From the NCBI GenBank assembly GCA_030390025.1, contig JASTWF010000244.1, positions 62,001 through 126,000 of the forward strand: a stretch of 64,000 nucleotides of DNA, in the 5' to 3' direction. Of this stretch, positions 47,964 to 60,312 are shown piece by piece. Under the pieces are notes generated by a model, which saw nothing but the letters and a program-made list of their open reading frames with translations, was not told where the DNA came from and ran no database searches. The translations under genes and the position numbers were made by a program. Source of the DNA: Squalus acanthias (Eukaryota). Each line of letters starts with the position of its first letter. Position 1 is the stretch's first letter.

Positions 47964-48131
47964 NNNNNNNNNNNNNNNNNNNNNNNNNNNNNNNNNNNNN
48001 NNNNNNNNNNNNNNNNNNNNNNNNNNNNNNNNNNNNNNNNNNNNNNNNNNNNNNNNNNNNNNNNNNNNNNNNNNNNNNNNNNNNNNNNNNNNNNNNNNNN
48101 NNNNNNNNNNNNNNNNNNNNNNNNNNNNNNN
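47964..48131. other. Assembly gap (168 N)
   Basis: Run of N. Confidence 1.
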
Positions 48132-48541
48132 TCTCGCTCTCCCCCCAGTCTCTCTCTCTCTCTTTCTCTCTCTCTCCCCCCAGTCTCTCTCTCTCTTTAT
48201 CTCTCTCTCCCCCCAGTCTCTCTCTCTCTCTCCCCCAGTCTCTCTCTCGCTCTCTCTCCCCCAGTCTCTCTCTCGCTCTCTCTCCCCCAGTCTCTCTCTC
48301 TCTCTTTCTATCCCCCTAGTCTCTCTCTCTCTTTAACTCTCTCTCCCCCCAGTCTCTCTCTCTATCTCTCTCTCCCCCCGTCTCTCTCTCTCTCAATCTC
48401 TCTCTCCCCCAGTCTCTCTCTCGCTCTCTCTCCCCAGTCTCTCTCTCACTCTCCCCCCAGTCTCTCTCTCTCTTTCTATCCCCCTAGTCTCTCTCTCTCT
48501 TTATCTCTCTCTCCCCCCAGTCTCTCTCTCTCTATCTCTCT

Positions 48542-50266
48542 TGTAAGGGATTCTGACCCTGCGTGTCTCGCAGCCTGTGAGATTCACGCGGCTCTGTGCA
48601 GCCTGTATGTCAGTGCGGGTCTAGGCCTTGTTGCCTGTTCTGGTCTCCAGCCAGTCTGGGAACACTAGACACACCTGTGAGTGGTTCGAATCACTCTCCC
48701 TTACGGTTCTAGACACTGGACTTAGATGCGAGAGCAGTAATGGAGATGAAACTCATGTAGACTCGGTTTGAATGGTACGAAATGGAAAATCTTTATTGCA
48801 TGATACTTAAGATTATGAAATACATGTCATAAGCACAGATTAATGACAGTACAATCTTACAAACAGTTATATAGTCGATCTTAGGGAAACGAGGAACGAA
48901 CGGCACAAAGTAAATCGGGGCACACATTACAAATATCCTTAATCCTTAAACCCTCCCCTATCAATATCTATCCTAAACTAGATTCGTAGGATTTCGAGAC
49001 TCATGCTCACCACTCGTGATAACTCGGAGAAATTCCGAATAGCTGATCGGATGTTTTTCACCGCAGCACCCACGTGTCGGTCAGGAGATCTCCTGGTCCC
49101 ACTTGTTTACTTGCTTCTGCTGCTCCGGCTAGCAGGCTGGACCGTCTGCTGTGATGAAGACCTGTGTTGGTTGGTTTAACAGGTACTCTTCGAGCACAGT
49201 TGTCAATATCGTCGATACGATATGTTTTCACGTTCCAGTTACTTTGGGCACAGTCCAGTTATCATCGATGCAATATGTTTCGTTATAAGTTCGAAGAAGT
49301 CTTCCTAGCAAGGAAAACTTGGATAATCGACCTACAGGCGCGGTCGGGATTTACTGACCGTGGCGATGGATATGGTCTTCCTCTCTTCTCATCTCATCTC
49401 ATCTCATCTCATCTCGGGCCTTCGGTTCCGCTGCCAGTTACCAACATAGGTCTTCGTTACGCGACACGAGGTAGATCCGAACGGATCAGAAAGTTCAACA
49501 GTCTTTTCAGAAGAGGCAACAGGCAAACAGGAGCGAGCCCAACTACGAGTACACAGGAGCAGCCACGAGGTTACGAATCGATCGGATAAGAGCACAGGAG
49601 CAGCCACGATGATAAGAGCAGCAAGAGCAAGAGAGAGAATGGACGGTTTGGAGCCTGCAATTATAGTGCAAAATCTTCCGTTTCCCGCCCAACTATAATG
49701 TCCATTCTTTTGTTTAGGGTTTGGCGCTCAAAATGTCTTGTATGGGTGATCTCCGTTCTTAATGGGTTTCGGGGCTACTCGTAAATGTCTGAGTACCTGT
49801 TAATATTTCTCCCATTGTTAAATCGGTCGGTGTTCTCCCTGGAGGGGTTTGGGGCTTCCAAGTGTCCTGTATAACTACCTGCTAACGGCTCTCTCATCGT
49901 AGAGTCGTTGGGATTTTACATATTAATGTCTTTTGGATGGGCCCTTGATTACTCGGTACAATGGCTTTCCTTTGTACCTGGGAGACCGATTTCAGTATCT
50001 ATGTGTATACTGCAAACCCATAATGTCTCGTGTATTATCTTCACTGTGCTGAATCTTAATCGATCTTGCACAAATGTTTATTGGAACGCCATCTTGTCTG
50101 CCTGTTGAAAAGTCTAGAATGTTCTGTCACGAGGTGCGGCGGCCATTTTACAGGCTGCTTGTGTCCACTTTAAACCTGCCAGCATTCTACTGAAATAAAA
50201 GCTGTTTGAACGAAACTTTGTGTTTTCTCCTTATTAATAAAATCGCGATATATTGCGAATTCTACA
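48542..50266 (-). mobile_element. Solo LTR, 1725 bp, 4-bp TSD CTCT
   Basis: TGTA...TACA termini; CTCT at 48538-48541 and 50267-50270; minus-strand TATAA ~49660 and AATAAA ~48795; no coding content. Confidence 0.75.
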
Positions 50267-51618
50267 CTCTCTCCCCCCAGTCTCTCTCACTCAATCTCTC
50301 TCTCCCCCCAGTCTCTCTCTCTATCTCTCTCTCCCCCCAGTCTCTCTCTCTCTCATTCTCTCTCTCCCCCAGTCTCTCTCTCAGCCAACAGTCTCTCTCT
50401 CTCTCCCCCCAGTCTCTCATTCTCTCGCTCTCCCCCCCAGTCTCTCTATCCCCCAGTCTCTCTCTCTCTCCTCCCAGTCTCTCATTCTCTCGCTCTCCCC
50501 CCCAGTCACTCTCTCTCTCCCCCAGTCTCTCTCTCTCCCCCCAGTCTCTCATTCTCTCGCTCTCCCCCCTGTCTCTCTCTCTCTCTCTCTCGCCCCCAGT
50601 CTCTCTCTCCCCCCCAGTCTCTCTCTCTCTCTCCCCCCAGTCTCTCTCTCTCTACCCCCAGTCACTCTCTCTCTCTCCCTGTCACTCTCTCGCTCTCCCC
50701 TTAGTCTCTCTCTCTTCCCCAGTCTCTCTCACTACCCCCAGTCTCTCTCTCGATCTCTCCCCAGTCTCTCTCTCGCTCTCTCCCCAGTCTCTCTCTCACT
50801 CTCCCCCCAGTCTCTCTCTCCCTCTTCCCCCAGTTTCTCTCCCGCTCTCTCCCCAGGCTCTCTCTCCCTCCCCCCAGTCTCTCTCACTCACCCCCCAGTC
50901 TCTCTCTCTCTCCCCCAGTCTCTCTCTCGCTCTCACCCCCCAGTCTCTCTCGCTCCCTCCCCCCAGTCTCTCTCTCTCTCTCCATCCCCCCAGTCTCTCT
51001 CTCTCTCTCTCCCCCAGTCTCTCTCTCTCTCCCCCCAGACTCTTTCTCTCTTTCCCCCCAGTCTCTCTCTCCTCCCCCAGTCTCTCTCTCTCTTCCCCCA
51101 GTCTCTCTCTCTCTTCCCCCGTCTCTCTCTCTCTCACCCCCAGTCTCTCTCTCTCTCTCTCTCCCAGTCTCTCTCTCTCGCCTCCTTCCCCCAGCCTCTC
51201 TCTCTCAACCCCCAGTCTCTCTCTCTCTCTATCCCCCCAGTCTCTCTCTCTCTCTCTCCCCAGTCTCTCTCTCTCTCTCCCCCCAGTCTCTCTCCCACAG
51301 TCTCTATTTCTCTCTCTCTCCAGTCTCTCTCTCGCTCTCTGCCCCCAATCTCTCTCTCTCTCTCACCCCCCAGTCTCTCTCTCGGTCTCTCCCCAGTCTT
51401 TCTCTCACTCTCTCTCGCCCCAGTCTCTCTCTCTCCCCCAGTCTCTTTCTCGCTCTCTCCCCCAGTATCTCTCTTGCTCTCTCCCCCCAGTCTCTCTCTC
51501 GCTCTCTCCCCTCAGTCTCTCTCTCTCTCTCTCACCCCCCAGTCTCTCTCTCGCTCTCTCAACCCCAGTCTCTCTCTCGCTCTCTCCCCCCAGTCTCTTT
51601 TTCTCTCTCTCTCCCCCC

Positions 51619-51650
<32 letters not shown>

Positions 51651-51995
51651 CCAGTCTCTCTCTCTCCCCCCAGTCACTCTCTCTCTCTCTCCCATCACTC
51701 TCTCGCTCTCCCCCCCGTCTCTCTCTCGCTCTCTCCCAGTCTCTCTCTCTTCCCCCAGTCTCTCTCTCTTCCCCCAGTCTCTCTCTCTCCCCCTAGTCTC
51801 TCTCTCACCCCCCAGTCTCTCTCTGCCCCCAGTCTCTCTCTCTCTCTCCCCCAGTCTCTCTCTCTCCCTCTTCCCTCAGTCTCTCTCTCTCTCTCTCTCT
51901 CTCACCCCAGTCCCTCTCTCTCTTTATCTTTCTCTCCCCCGTCTCTCTCCCTCTCTATCTCTCTCTCCCCCCAGTCTCTCTCTCTCACCCCCCAG

Positions 51996-52027
<32 letters not shown>

Positions 52028-52876
52028 CCCCACCTCTCTCTCTCTCTATCTCTCTCTCCCTCCAGTCTCTCTCTCTCTCACACCCCCCAGTCTCTCTCTC
52101 TCTCTCCCCAGTCTCTCTCTCTCTCAACCCCCAGTCTCTCTCGCTCCCTCCCCCCAGTCTCTCTCTCTCTCTCTCCATCCCCCAGTCTCTCTCTCTCTCC
52201 CCAGTCTCTCTCTCTCTCACCCACCAGTGACTCTCTCTCTCTCTTTCCCCCAGTCTCTCTCTCTCTCTCCCCAGTCTCTCTCTCTCTCTCCCCCCGTCAC
52301 TCACTCTCTCTCTCACCCCCAGTCTCTCTCTCTCTCTCACACCCCCAGTCTCTCTCTCTCTCTCTTTCCCCCAGTCTCTCTCTCTCTCCCCCCGTCTCTC
52401 TCTCTCTCTGTCAACACCCAGTCTTTCTCTCTCTCTCTCCCCCCAGTCTCTCTCTCTGACCCCCAGTCACTCTATCTCTCTCCCCGTCACTCTCTCGCTC
52501 TCCCCCCGTCTCTCTCTCACTCTCCCCCAGTCTCTCTCTCTCCCCACGTCTCTCTCTCTCCCCCAGTCTCTCTCTCTCTGCCCCGTCTCTCTCTCACCCC
52601 CCAGTCTCTCTCTCCCCCCAGTCTCTCTCTATCTCTCTCTCTCTCCCCCAGTCTCTGTCTCTCTCCCAGTATCTCTCTCACTCTCACCCCCAGTCTCTCT
52701 CTCTCTCTCTCTCCCCCAGTCTATCTCTCTCTCTCTCTCTCTCCCCCCAGTCTCTCTCTCTCTCGCCCCAGTCTCTCTCTCTTTCCCCCCAGTCTATTTC
52801 TCTCTTTCCCCCCAGTCTCTCTCTCTCTGCCCCCATTCTCTCTCTCCCTCCCCAGTCGCTCTCTCTCACCCCCCAG

Positions 52877-52910
<34 letters not shown>

Positions 52911-53939
52911 CCAGTCTCTCTCTCGCTCTCACCCCCCAGTCTCTCTCGCTCCCTCCCCCCAGTTTCTCTCTCTCTCCATCCCCCGTCTCTCTCTCCCTCA
53001 CCCCCCAGTCTCTCTCTCTCTCTCCCCCCAGTCTCTCTCTCTCTCTCTCTTTCCCCCAGTCTCTCTATCTATCTCTCCCCAGTCTCTCTCACTCTCACTC
53101 CCCCCAGTCTCTCTCTCGATCTCCCCCCAGTCTCTCTCTCGCTCTCCCCCCAGTCTCTCTCTCACTCTTCCCCCAGTTTCTCTCTCGCTCTCTCCTCAGG
53201 CTCTCTCTCCCTCCCCCCAGTCTCTCTCTCTCACCCCCCAGTCTCTCTCTCTCTCTCTCCCCCAGTCTCTCTCTCTCTCAACCCCCCAGTCTCTCTCTCT
53301 CTCCCACCAGTCTCTCTCTCTCTGCCCCCAGTCTCTCTCTCTCTCCCCCAGTCTCTCTCTCTCACCCCCCAGTCTCTCTCTCTCTCTCTCTCTTTCCCCA
53401 GTCTCTCTCTCGATCTCACCCCCCAGTCTCTCTCGCTCCCTCCCCCCAGTCTCTCTCTCTCTCTCTCACCATCCCCCCAGTCTCTCTCTCTCTCACCCCC
53501 CAGTCTCTCTCTCTCTCTCTCACCCCCAGTCTCTCTCTCTCTCTCTTTCCCCCAGTCTCTCTCTCTCTATCTCTCCCCAGTCTCTCTCACTCTCACTCCC
53601 CCCAGTCTCTCTCTCGCTCTCTCCCCAGTCTCTCTCTCGCTCTCTCCCCAGTCTCTCTCTCTCCCTCCCCCAGTCTCTCTCTCTCACCCCCCAGCCTCTC
53701 TCTCTCTCTCTCTCTCCCCCAGCCTCTCTCTCTCTCACCAACCAGTCTCTCTCTCTCTCTCTTTCCCCCAGTCTCTCTCTCTCTCTCTCTCTCCCCCCAG
53801 TCACTCTCTCTCTCTCTCACCCCCAGTCTCTCTCTCTCTCTCTCACCCCCCAGTCTCTCTCTCTCTCTCTTTCCCCCAGTCTCTCTCTCTCTCTCCCCAG
53901 TCTCTCGCTCTCTCTCTCCCCCCCAATTCTCTCTTCCCC

Positions 53940-55406
53940 CCTCTGGCCTCCATACTAGTTCTCATTGTAAATGGTTCCTCCTCCCTTTCAACACCACTAC
54001 CATTATCCACTTCTCAAAAAACCCACCCTCGACCCCTTCGGTCCTTGCTAATTTTCACCTTATTTCCAATCTTCTTTTCCTCTTCATCGATGAACGTATT
54101 GTTGCTTTCCAAAATCCATGCCAATCTCTTTCTGTTGAATCTCTCCAATCAAATTACCACCCCTCCCACAGCAGCAAAGCAGCTTTAACCAGACTTGCTT
54201 TGTAACTGTGACTGTGGTTCATTATCCCTCTTCATTCCTTCTAACCTTTCTGTAGCCTTTCACATGGTCGACCGTGCCATACTTCTCCAGTGCCTGTCTT
54301 CCATTATCTAATTCGGTGGGACTGCCCTTGCATCGTTCCACTCACACCTATTCAATTGTCGCCAGAGTAACTCCAGCAATGGCTTCTCTTTCTGCCCTCA
54401 GACCATTCATTACCTCTGGCAATCCCCCAAGGATCTATCTGGGGCCCTCTCTTCCTCATCTACATGCTAGTCCTTGGTGACATCACAGACATGGGATTAG
54501 CTTCCACATATACATTAATGATACCCAGCTCTAACTCTCCACTGCTTCTCTCAACCCCTCCACTGACACTGTACTGTCAGACTGCTTGTCTGACATCCAG
54601 TCTTGGATGAGCTGCAATTTCTTTCAGCTAAATATTGGGAAGACCAAAGCCATTGTCCTTAGCCCCGAGCATCAATTCGATACTCTTACCAACAACTCCA
54701 TTCCCCTTCCCCAATGTCTTAGGCTGAACCAGAGCCTCAGTATTCTCCTTGACCCTGAGCTGAGCTTCCAACCCCATATCCTCTGCAACACAAAGATTAT
54801 CTACTTCCATCTCTGTAATATCACCTGCCTTAATGCTATCTTAGCCCATCTGCTGCTGAAATCGTAAACTATGCTTTTGTCATCTCTAGACAATTCCCAG
54901 CTAGCCTCCCATCCAACACCTTCTGTAAAATTCAGCTCATCCAAAACCATGCTGCCCATATTTATCCTGCACCAAGTCCCGCTCATCCATTATCCCTGTG
55001 CTCGCTGACGTCAACTGATTCTCGGTCTCCCAGTCCCTCATTGAAAATTCTCATCCTTGTATTTGAATCTCTTCATGGCCTTTAGCCTTACAACCTCCAT
55101 CCTCTGTCCACAAACTCTTCATACTGCTTATTCTGACCTCTTGTGTATCCCCTCTCCTTCTACCTCTCACTGTTGGCTGTGCCTTCAGCCGCCTAGGCCC
55201 CACTCTCTTGAATTCCCTCCCTATACTCTTCCGCCTCCCCCTGTTCTATTAGCACTATCCTTAAAACCAATCTCTTCCATTTAGCCTTTGGTAAACCCTC
55301 CTAATATCTGCCTCCATTAGCTCGTCATCCATTTTTTGATTACACCTCTGTGAAATGCTTTGGGATGTTTTTCCAGTTAAAGGCGCTATATAAATGCATG
55401 TTGTTG
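53940..55406 (+). mobile_element. Degenerate L2-type LINE
   Basis: DIQSWMSCNFFQLNIGKTKAI motif and AAGGCGCTATATAAATGCATGTTG tail. Confidence 0.82.
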
Positions 55407-56058
55407 TGGGGGAAGATTAGGGGCAGCCGGGGTCGAGAGGTAGTGGAGAGTTTGAGCTGGGTGTCGTGACCATAAGTGTGGAAGTTGACCGTATGTCTCT
55501 GGATGATGGTCACTGGCAGTGCATTTCGAGGAATTTTCTTTAACATTGAAATGGTGCATTCTGGGTATTTAGAAAATGTTTTGCTTCACCTAAATGTATC
55601 CAAATACAACAGGTCCAGCCAAACTATCCATTCCCCAAAGGCTACCTTAAAACTTCTTTTCCCTCTGCAAAGAGGCAATCTAACTCCTACCACTAGTTCA
55701 CAGAGACACTCTTTCCCCCTCCAACTGCACCCCGTTTAGATAGGCCATGTGTATCACCCAGTTTAGAGACACTTTGGCCCCAATATTTGCGGGGAGGGTG
55801 CGGGTGAAGCTGAAAACAACCGATTAACCTGGCAAGGCTGGGGACGCGGAGGCCCTGCCAATCTTAACAGCAGGGCCTCATTTGCATCTTTTAGCCACCT
55901 CCCGCTCAGCAGCCGTCCAAAAGGACAATCTGACCAGTGGGCAGGAGGGAACACTAGCGGCAGAAGGCTGCAATCAGGGACCCTTGGGAACGGGCCCTGG
56001 AAATCGAGCGGGGGAGGGAGGACGCTCCGGTTGGTAATTGGTGAGTCGAGGGAGGCTT

Positions 56059-56140
56059 AAGGTTGAGGTAAAGATCAGCCATGATCTTATTGAATGGGCC
56101 ATATGGCCTAATCCTGCTCCTATTTCTTATGTTCTTATGA
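56059..56140 (+). mobile_element. ~80-bp CR1 3'-UTR-only insertion, TSD AGGCTT
   Basis: GATCAGCCATGATCTTATTGAATGG...TTCTTATGTTCTTATG; AGGCTT at 56053-56058 and 56141-56146. Confidence 0.75.
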
Positions 56141-56171
56141 AGGCTTCCTTGAGGGGTCTGGGGGAGCACTC

Positions 56172-56660
56172 CTGCTCAAGAGGCCAGAGTTAGAGGAGCG
56201 CAGATATCTCGGAGAGGTGTGGGGCTGGAGGAGGTTACAGTGATAGAGAGGGGCGAGGCCATGGAGGGATTTGAAAACAACAATGAGAATTTGAAAATCA
56301 AGACGTTGCTTAATTGGGAGCCTATGTAGATCAGCGAACACAGGGGTGATAGGTGAATGGGACTTGGTGCGAGTAAGGACGCAGGCAGCAGAGTTTTAGA
56401 TGACCAAGTTTACGGAGAGTAGAACGTGGGAGGCCAGCCAGGAATATGTTGGAATAGTCAAGTGTAGATTGAGGTAACAAAGGCATGGATGAGGGTTTCA
56501 GCAGCAGATGAGCTGAGGCAGGGGCGGAGTCGGGTGATGTTCCAGAGTTGAAAATAGGCGGTCTTAGTGATGGCGCGGATATGTGGTTGGAAGCTCATCT
56601 CGGGGTCAGATATGACACCAAGGTTGTGAACAGTCTGGTTCAGCCTCAGACAATTGCCCT
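56172..56660 (-). mobile_element. L2-type LINE fragment
   Basis: Minus strand VHNLGVISDPEMSF...AETLIHAFVTS and FADLHRLP. Confidence 0.82.
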
Positions 56661-58679
56661 TGTATTTGAAATAAAAACAGAAAATGCTGGAAATACTCAG
56701 CAGGTCAGGCAGCATCTGTGGAGAGAAAAACAGAGTTAATGTTTCAGGTCTGCATTTGGTTTACTGGAATACATGACATGCCGCCACTGTTTGTCTTTCC
56801 TGGGTGAGTTTTATATGCAGTGTATCGGAATGAGGCTCAGTCTATAAACCAACAAACAAATTGGTTCAGTGTTAAAAAGGTAAGTAACTGGTAGTTGGTA
56901 CAAAGGGTATACCTACATTAGTTTCAACCTTTGCTATTCTCCTCATTGTCAAAAGAACTAAGATGCTTATCCTGGCTACCACCAATGTAAAATTTATTTT
57001 TGAAACTCCGTTTATGGTGAAACACTACCAAAGAGTCACTGATAAAGCAGTCTGCCTCCTGGCTTTAGACAAACTGGCGAGCTGAGCACAGGGTGACAAA
57101 CATTAGCTCATAATCGGAAGCTCCTGGCCACAGAGCTGTAACTCAGAGACTACAAAGAATTGTGGGCTCTGCTTCCCCTCATAGACCTGGCTTACATCTT
57201 CCCCTCAGTCACAGCTGTCAATCAAAACCACGACCTCAGACACCTAGGATGATGGAATTGCACGGGTTGGCTTGATTCATTGATCTGTGCCAAATACTTT
57301 CAGTGACAATCCCCGTCCAGGTACAATGTGAACATCCCATGCACACCAATGAATTGCAGAATTGTGCATGTCTCTATCTTGCCTTGAAATATGAATATTA
57401 GCTAGATTGTATTGTGGATTCCCTCCAGCTTGCAAAAAGCATTATGCAATAACTGATTGTAATGTTATAGCCAGTAATAAAGCCAGTAATAGAAAATCTA
57501 CCAATGACTTTTTGTCACAGAAGAGACTTGGCCCTTTTCAGCAATTCAGTCAGTCTGCTGCTCACTTACTCTGCATCAGTGTCTCCATATTCCACATTCT
57601 GAACTGAGACCTCCCCTTTGTCCTCCTGGCACAGAGGTTCATGCTGAAGTGTTAGTCAGCAATTGGGACTTCCCTTGATGTTGTCTGGGCTGGCTGATCA
57701 TTAAGAAAAAATGGCTTTCCCACTGCCCATCTGCGAGAGCAATTGGATTTGTGAGCAGCAGAACTCAAGGAATTCACATTGTGGGAAACTCTCTTCAATG
57801 GCAGGACACCATACCTCAGCACCCTGGCTCCATTTAACCACTGGTCTGTGTCCCACCTACAGTGAGATTAAGTTAGCGGTTCTCATGTACACTTTTTTAT
57901 CCCCATATTTGCTGCTCCAGTGGATAAGAAGCATTCATTGGCTGCTGATTATGACTATGGCCATTTACTGCCCCTCTAACTTCTAGAGTTGGTTTATATG
58001 TTGTTTAACCTCCTGTTTATTTGTATTTCCCTTGTGCTATTCTATCTGTCCTGTGGTGTTATTTGGTTTGTCACTGGCCTGTAAAGTATTTTATGGAACT
58101 GTGGGTGGTCATATTTGCTGCTCCCTGTAGCCTGTTCTCATCTTCCCATCCCTTGTTCACCGGTGCAATCAGGGTCAGCAGGAAGCCACGATGGTCTGCA
58201 CTAAAAGGGATAGCTCCTTTTTGCCCATGCAACAACAGTGGGTGCATTTCAAAAGTAATTCATTGACTGTGAAGCATTTGGGACACCGTGAGGCTGTGAT
58301 AGGTGCTCTGTAAATGCAAGTTTGTTTGTTCATTTGTAGTGTAAAATAAGAAAGACGCACAAATAGCTGGACCTAGTCCTTCCATGTCTTGTTCCCTGGT
58401 GCAGTCCAAAGACTTCTTTCCTTCTTAAATGAAAAAGCTTCTATTCATTGGGAAAAATGTAGTAATTATTTTAGAAACAGCTTTAAAATCAAGGAATTAT
58501 TTTACAGTTTATATTAATATTGGACTTGGATAAAGAATATATATGTAGAATTAGAGGGCCTTGCGTAATGTTGATGTATGGAATGTTAGAACAGACTGTG
58601 ATTAGATAGATGTAATACATAAAGAAAGGTTGGGATTTAGGTTTAGGTTTCTCTCTTTTTATCCTCTCTTGACCAATCC

Positions 58680-59222
58680 AAATGTCTTCAGAACATCTCC
58701 AGCAATTGCTTCTTTTCCTTCCCCTGCACCGTTACCTCTGGAGTCTCCTAAAGATCTATACTTGGCTCCTTCCTCCGACTTATCTACATGCTGCCCCTTG
58801 GTGACATCATCTGAAGACACGGGTCAGGTTCCACATATATACTGAAAACACCCAGCTCTAACTCTCCACCTCCTGTATTGACCCCTCCACTGCCTCTGTG
58901 TTGTCAGACTTTGTCTGACGTCTGGTCCTAGATGAGTCACAATTTCCTCCAATTGTACATCGGGAACACCAAAGCCATTGTCTTTGGACATCACCACAAA
59001 CTCCGTACTCTCGCCTCCGATTCCATCCCCTTTCCCAGCCACTGTCTTGGGTTGAACTAAAGTGTTTGCGACCTCGACAACCCATTTGACTCTGTGCTGA
59101 GCCTCCTGCTCCATATCACTCCATCACAAGGACTGCCTCTGTAACATCGCCCTACTCCACCTCTGTCCACCTGCTGCTGAAATCCTCATGCCTGCCTTTG
59201 TCACATCCAGACTCGACTACTT
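58680..59222 (+). mobile_element. Degenerate L2-type LINE fragment
   Basis: Homologous to ~54380-54890. Confidence 0.75.
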
Positions 59223-59664
59223 TTACAACATTGTTGGAAATATTGCCCCACACATACTTGTGATATAAACCACAGAGAAGAGAGAGTCAGGCTAAGTACA
59301 AGTTGATTTTTATGCTTTATATTCCAGTACCTGTGTGAAAATGGCAAGGCACATGGTTATAGGCTGCATGTTGAAAAGGGGTCTTGTTTTGCAGTGTATT
59401 AGTGATCTTGGAGACAAGCTATTAGAAAAGATGACTTTCCATACAGATCAGGAAGGTTGCAGTTTGACCCATAATCTGTGATGAGAAAGCTGATCAGAAA
59501 TGGAAATATGATGAAGGCAGGTAGTCCCGAGAAATTGGGCCTCCGGCCTCATGTAAAGTAGGCCCCAGGCAAGTCACCAGCAATGCAGTTGTAAATTGCG
59601 GGCTGCTAAATCACCGGTGACAACGGTCGTCAGGACTGCTGAGGTACTGCCAAGAGCAATCCTG

Positions 59665-60312
59665 CTCCTGAGGTCACCACCATCACAGAAGCCAGTCTTC
59701 TGCCAATTTGATTCACTCCACGTGATATCAAGAAACGGATGAGCACAGTGGATACAGAAAAGGCTATGGGCCCCAACAACATCCCGGCTATCGTGCTGAA
59801 CACTTGTGCTCCAGATATAGCCGCACCTCTAGCCAAGCTGTTCCAATACAGCTACAACACTGGCATCTATCCGACAATGTGGAAAACTGCCCAGGTATGT
59901 CCTGTCCATAAAAAGCAGGACAAATCCAACCCGGCCAATTACCGCCCCATCAGTCTACTCTCAATCATCAGCAAAGTGATGGAAGGTGTCATCGACAGTG
60001 CTATCAAGCGGAACTTACTCACCAATAACCTGCTCACTGATGCCCAGTTTGGGTTCCGCCAAGACCACTCGGCCCCTGAACTCATTACAGCCTTGGTCCA
60101 AACATGGACAAAGGAGCTGAATTCCAGAGGTGAGGTAAGAGTGACTGCCCTTGACATCAAGGCAGCATTTGACCGAGTGTGGCATCAAGGAGTCCAAGTA
60201 AAACTGAAGTCAATGGGAATCGGGAGGGAAAATGCTCCACTGGCTGGAGTCATACATGGCACAAAGGAACATGATTGTGGTGGTTGAAGATCAATCATCA
60301 CAGCCCCAGGAC
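59665..60312 (+). mobile_element. Non-LTR RT fragment (same family as 36416-39290)
   Basis: ORF 59739-60287 with NYRPISLLS, QFGFR, LDIKAAFDRVWH. Confidence 0.88.

Larger units (their letters stand above)
47474..53940. repeat. Polypyrimidine minisatellite, consensus ~CCCCCAGT(CT)5-9
   Basis: About two hundred degenerate ~20-24-bp units; interrupted by an N-gap and a solo LTR. Confidence 0.97.

Noticed and set aside
47391-54188. Very long Ser/Leu/Pro ORFs (425, 674, 1311 aa) and antisense Glu/Arg ORFs
   Set aside because: Translations of the CT minisatellite, which rarely contains stop codons.
56665-56750. Further hammerhead copy
   Set aside because: Truncated before the CUGANGA box.
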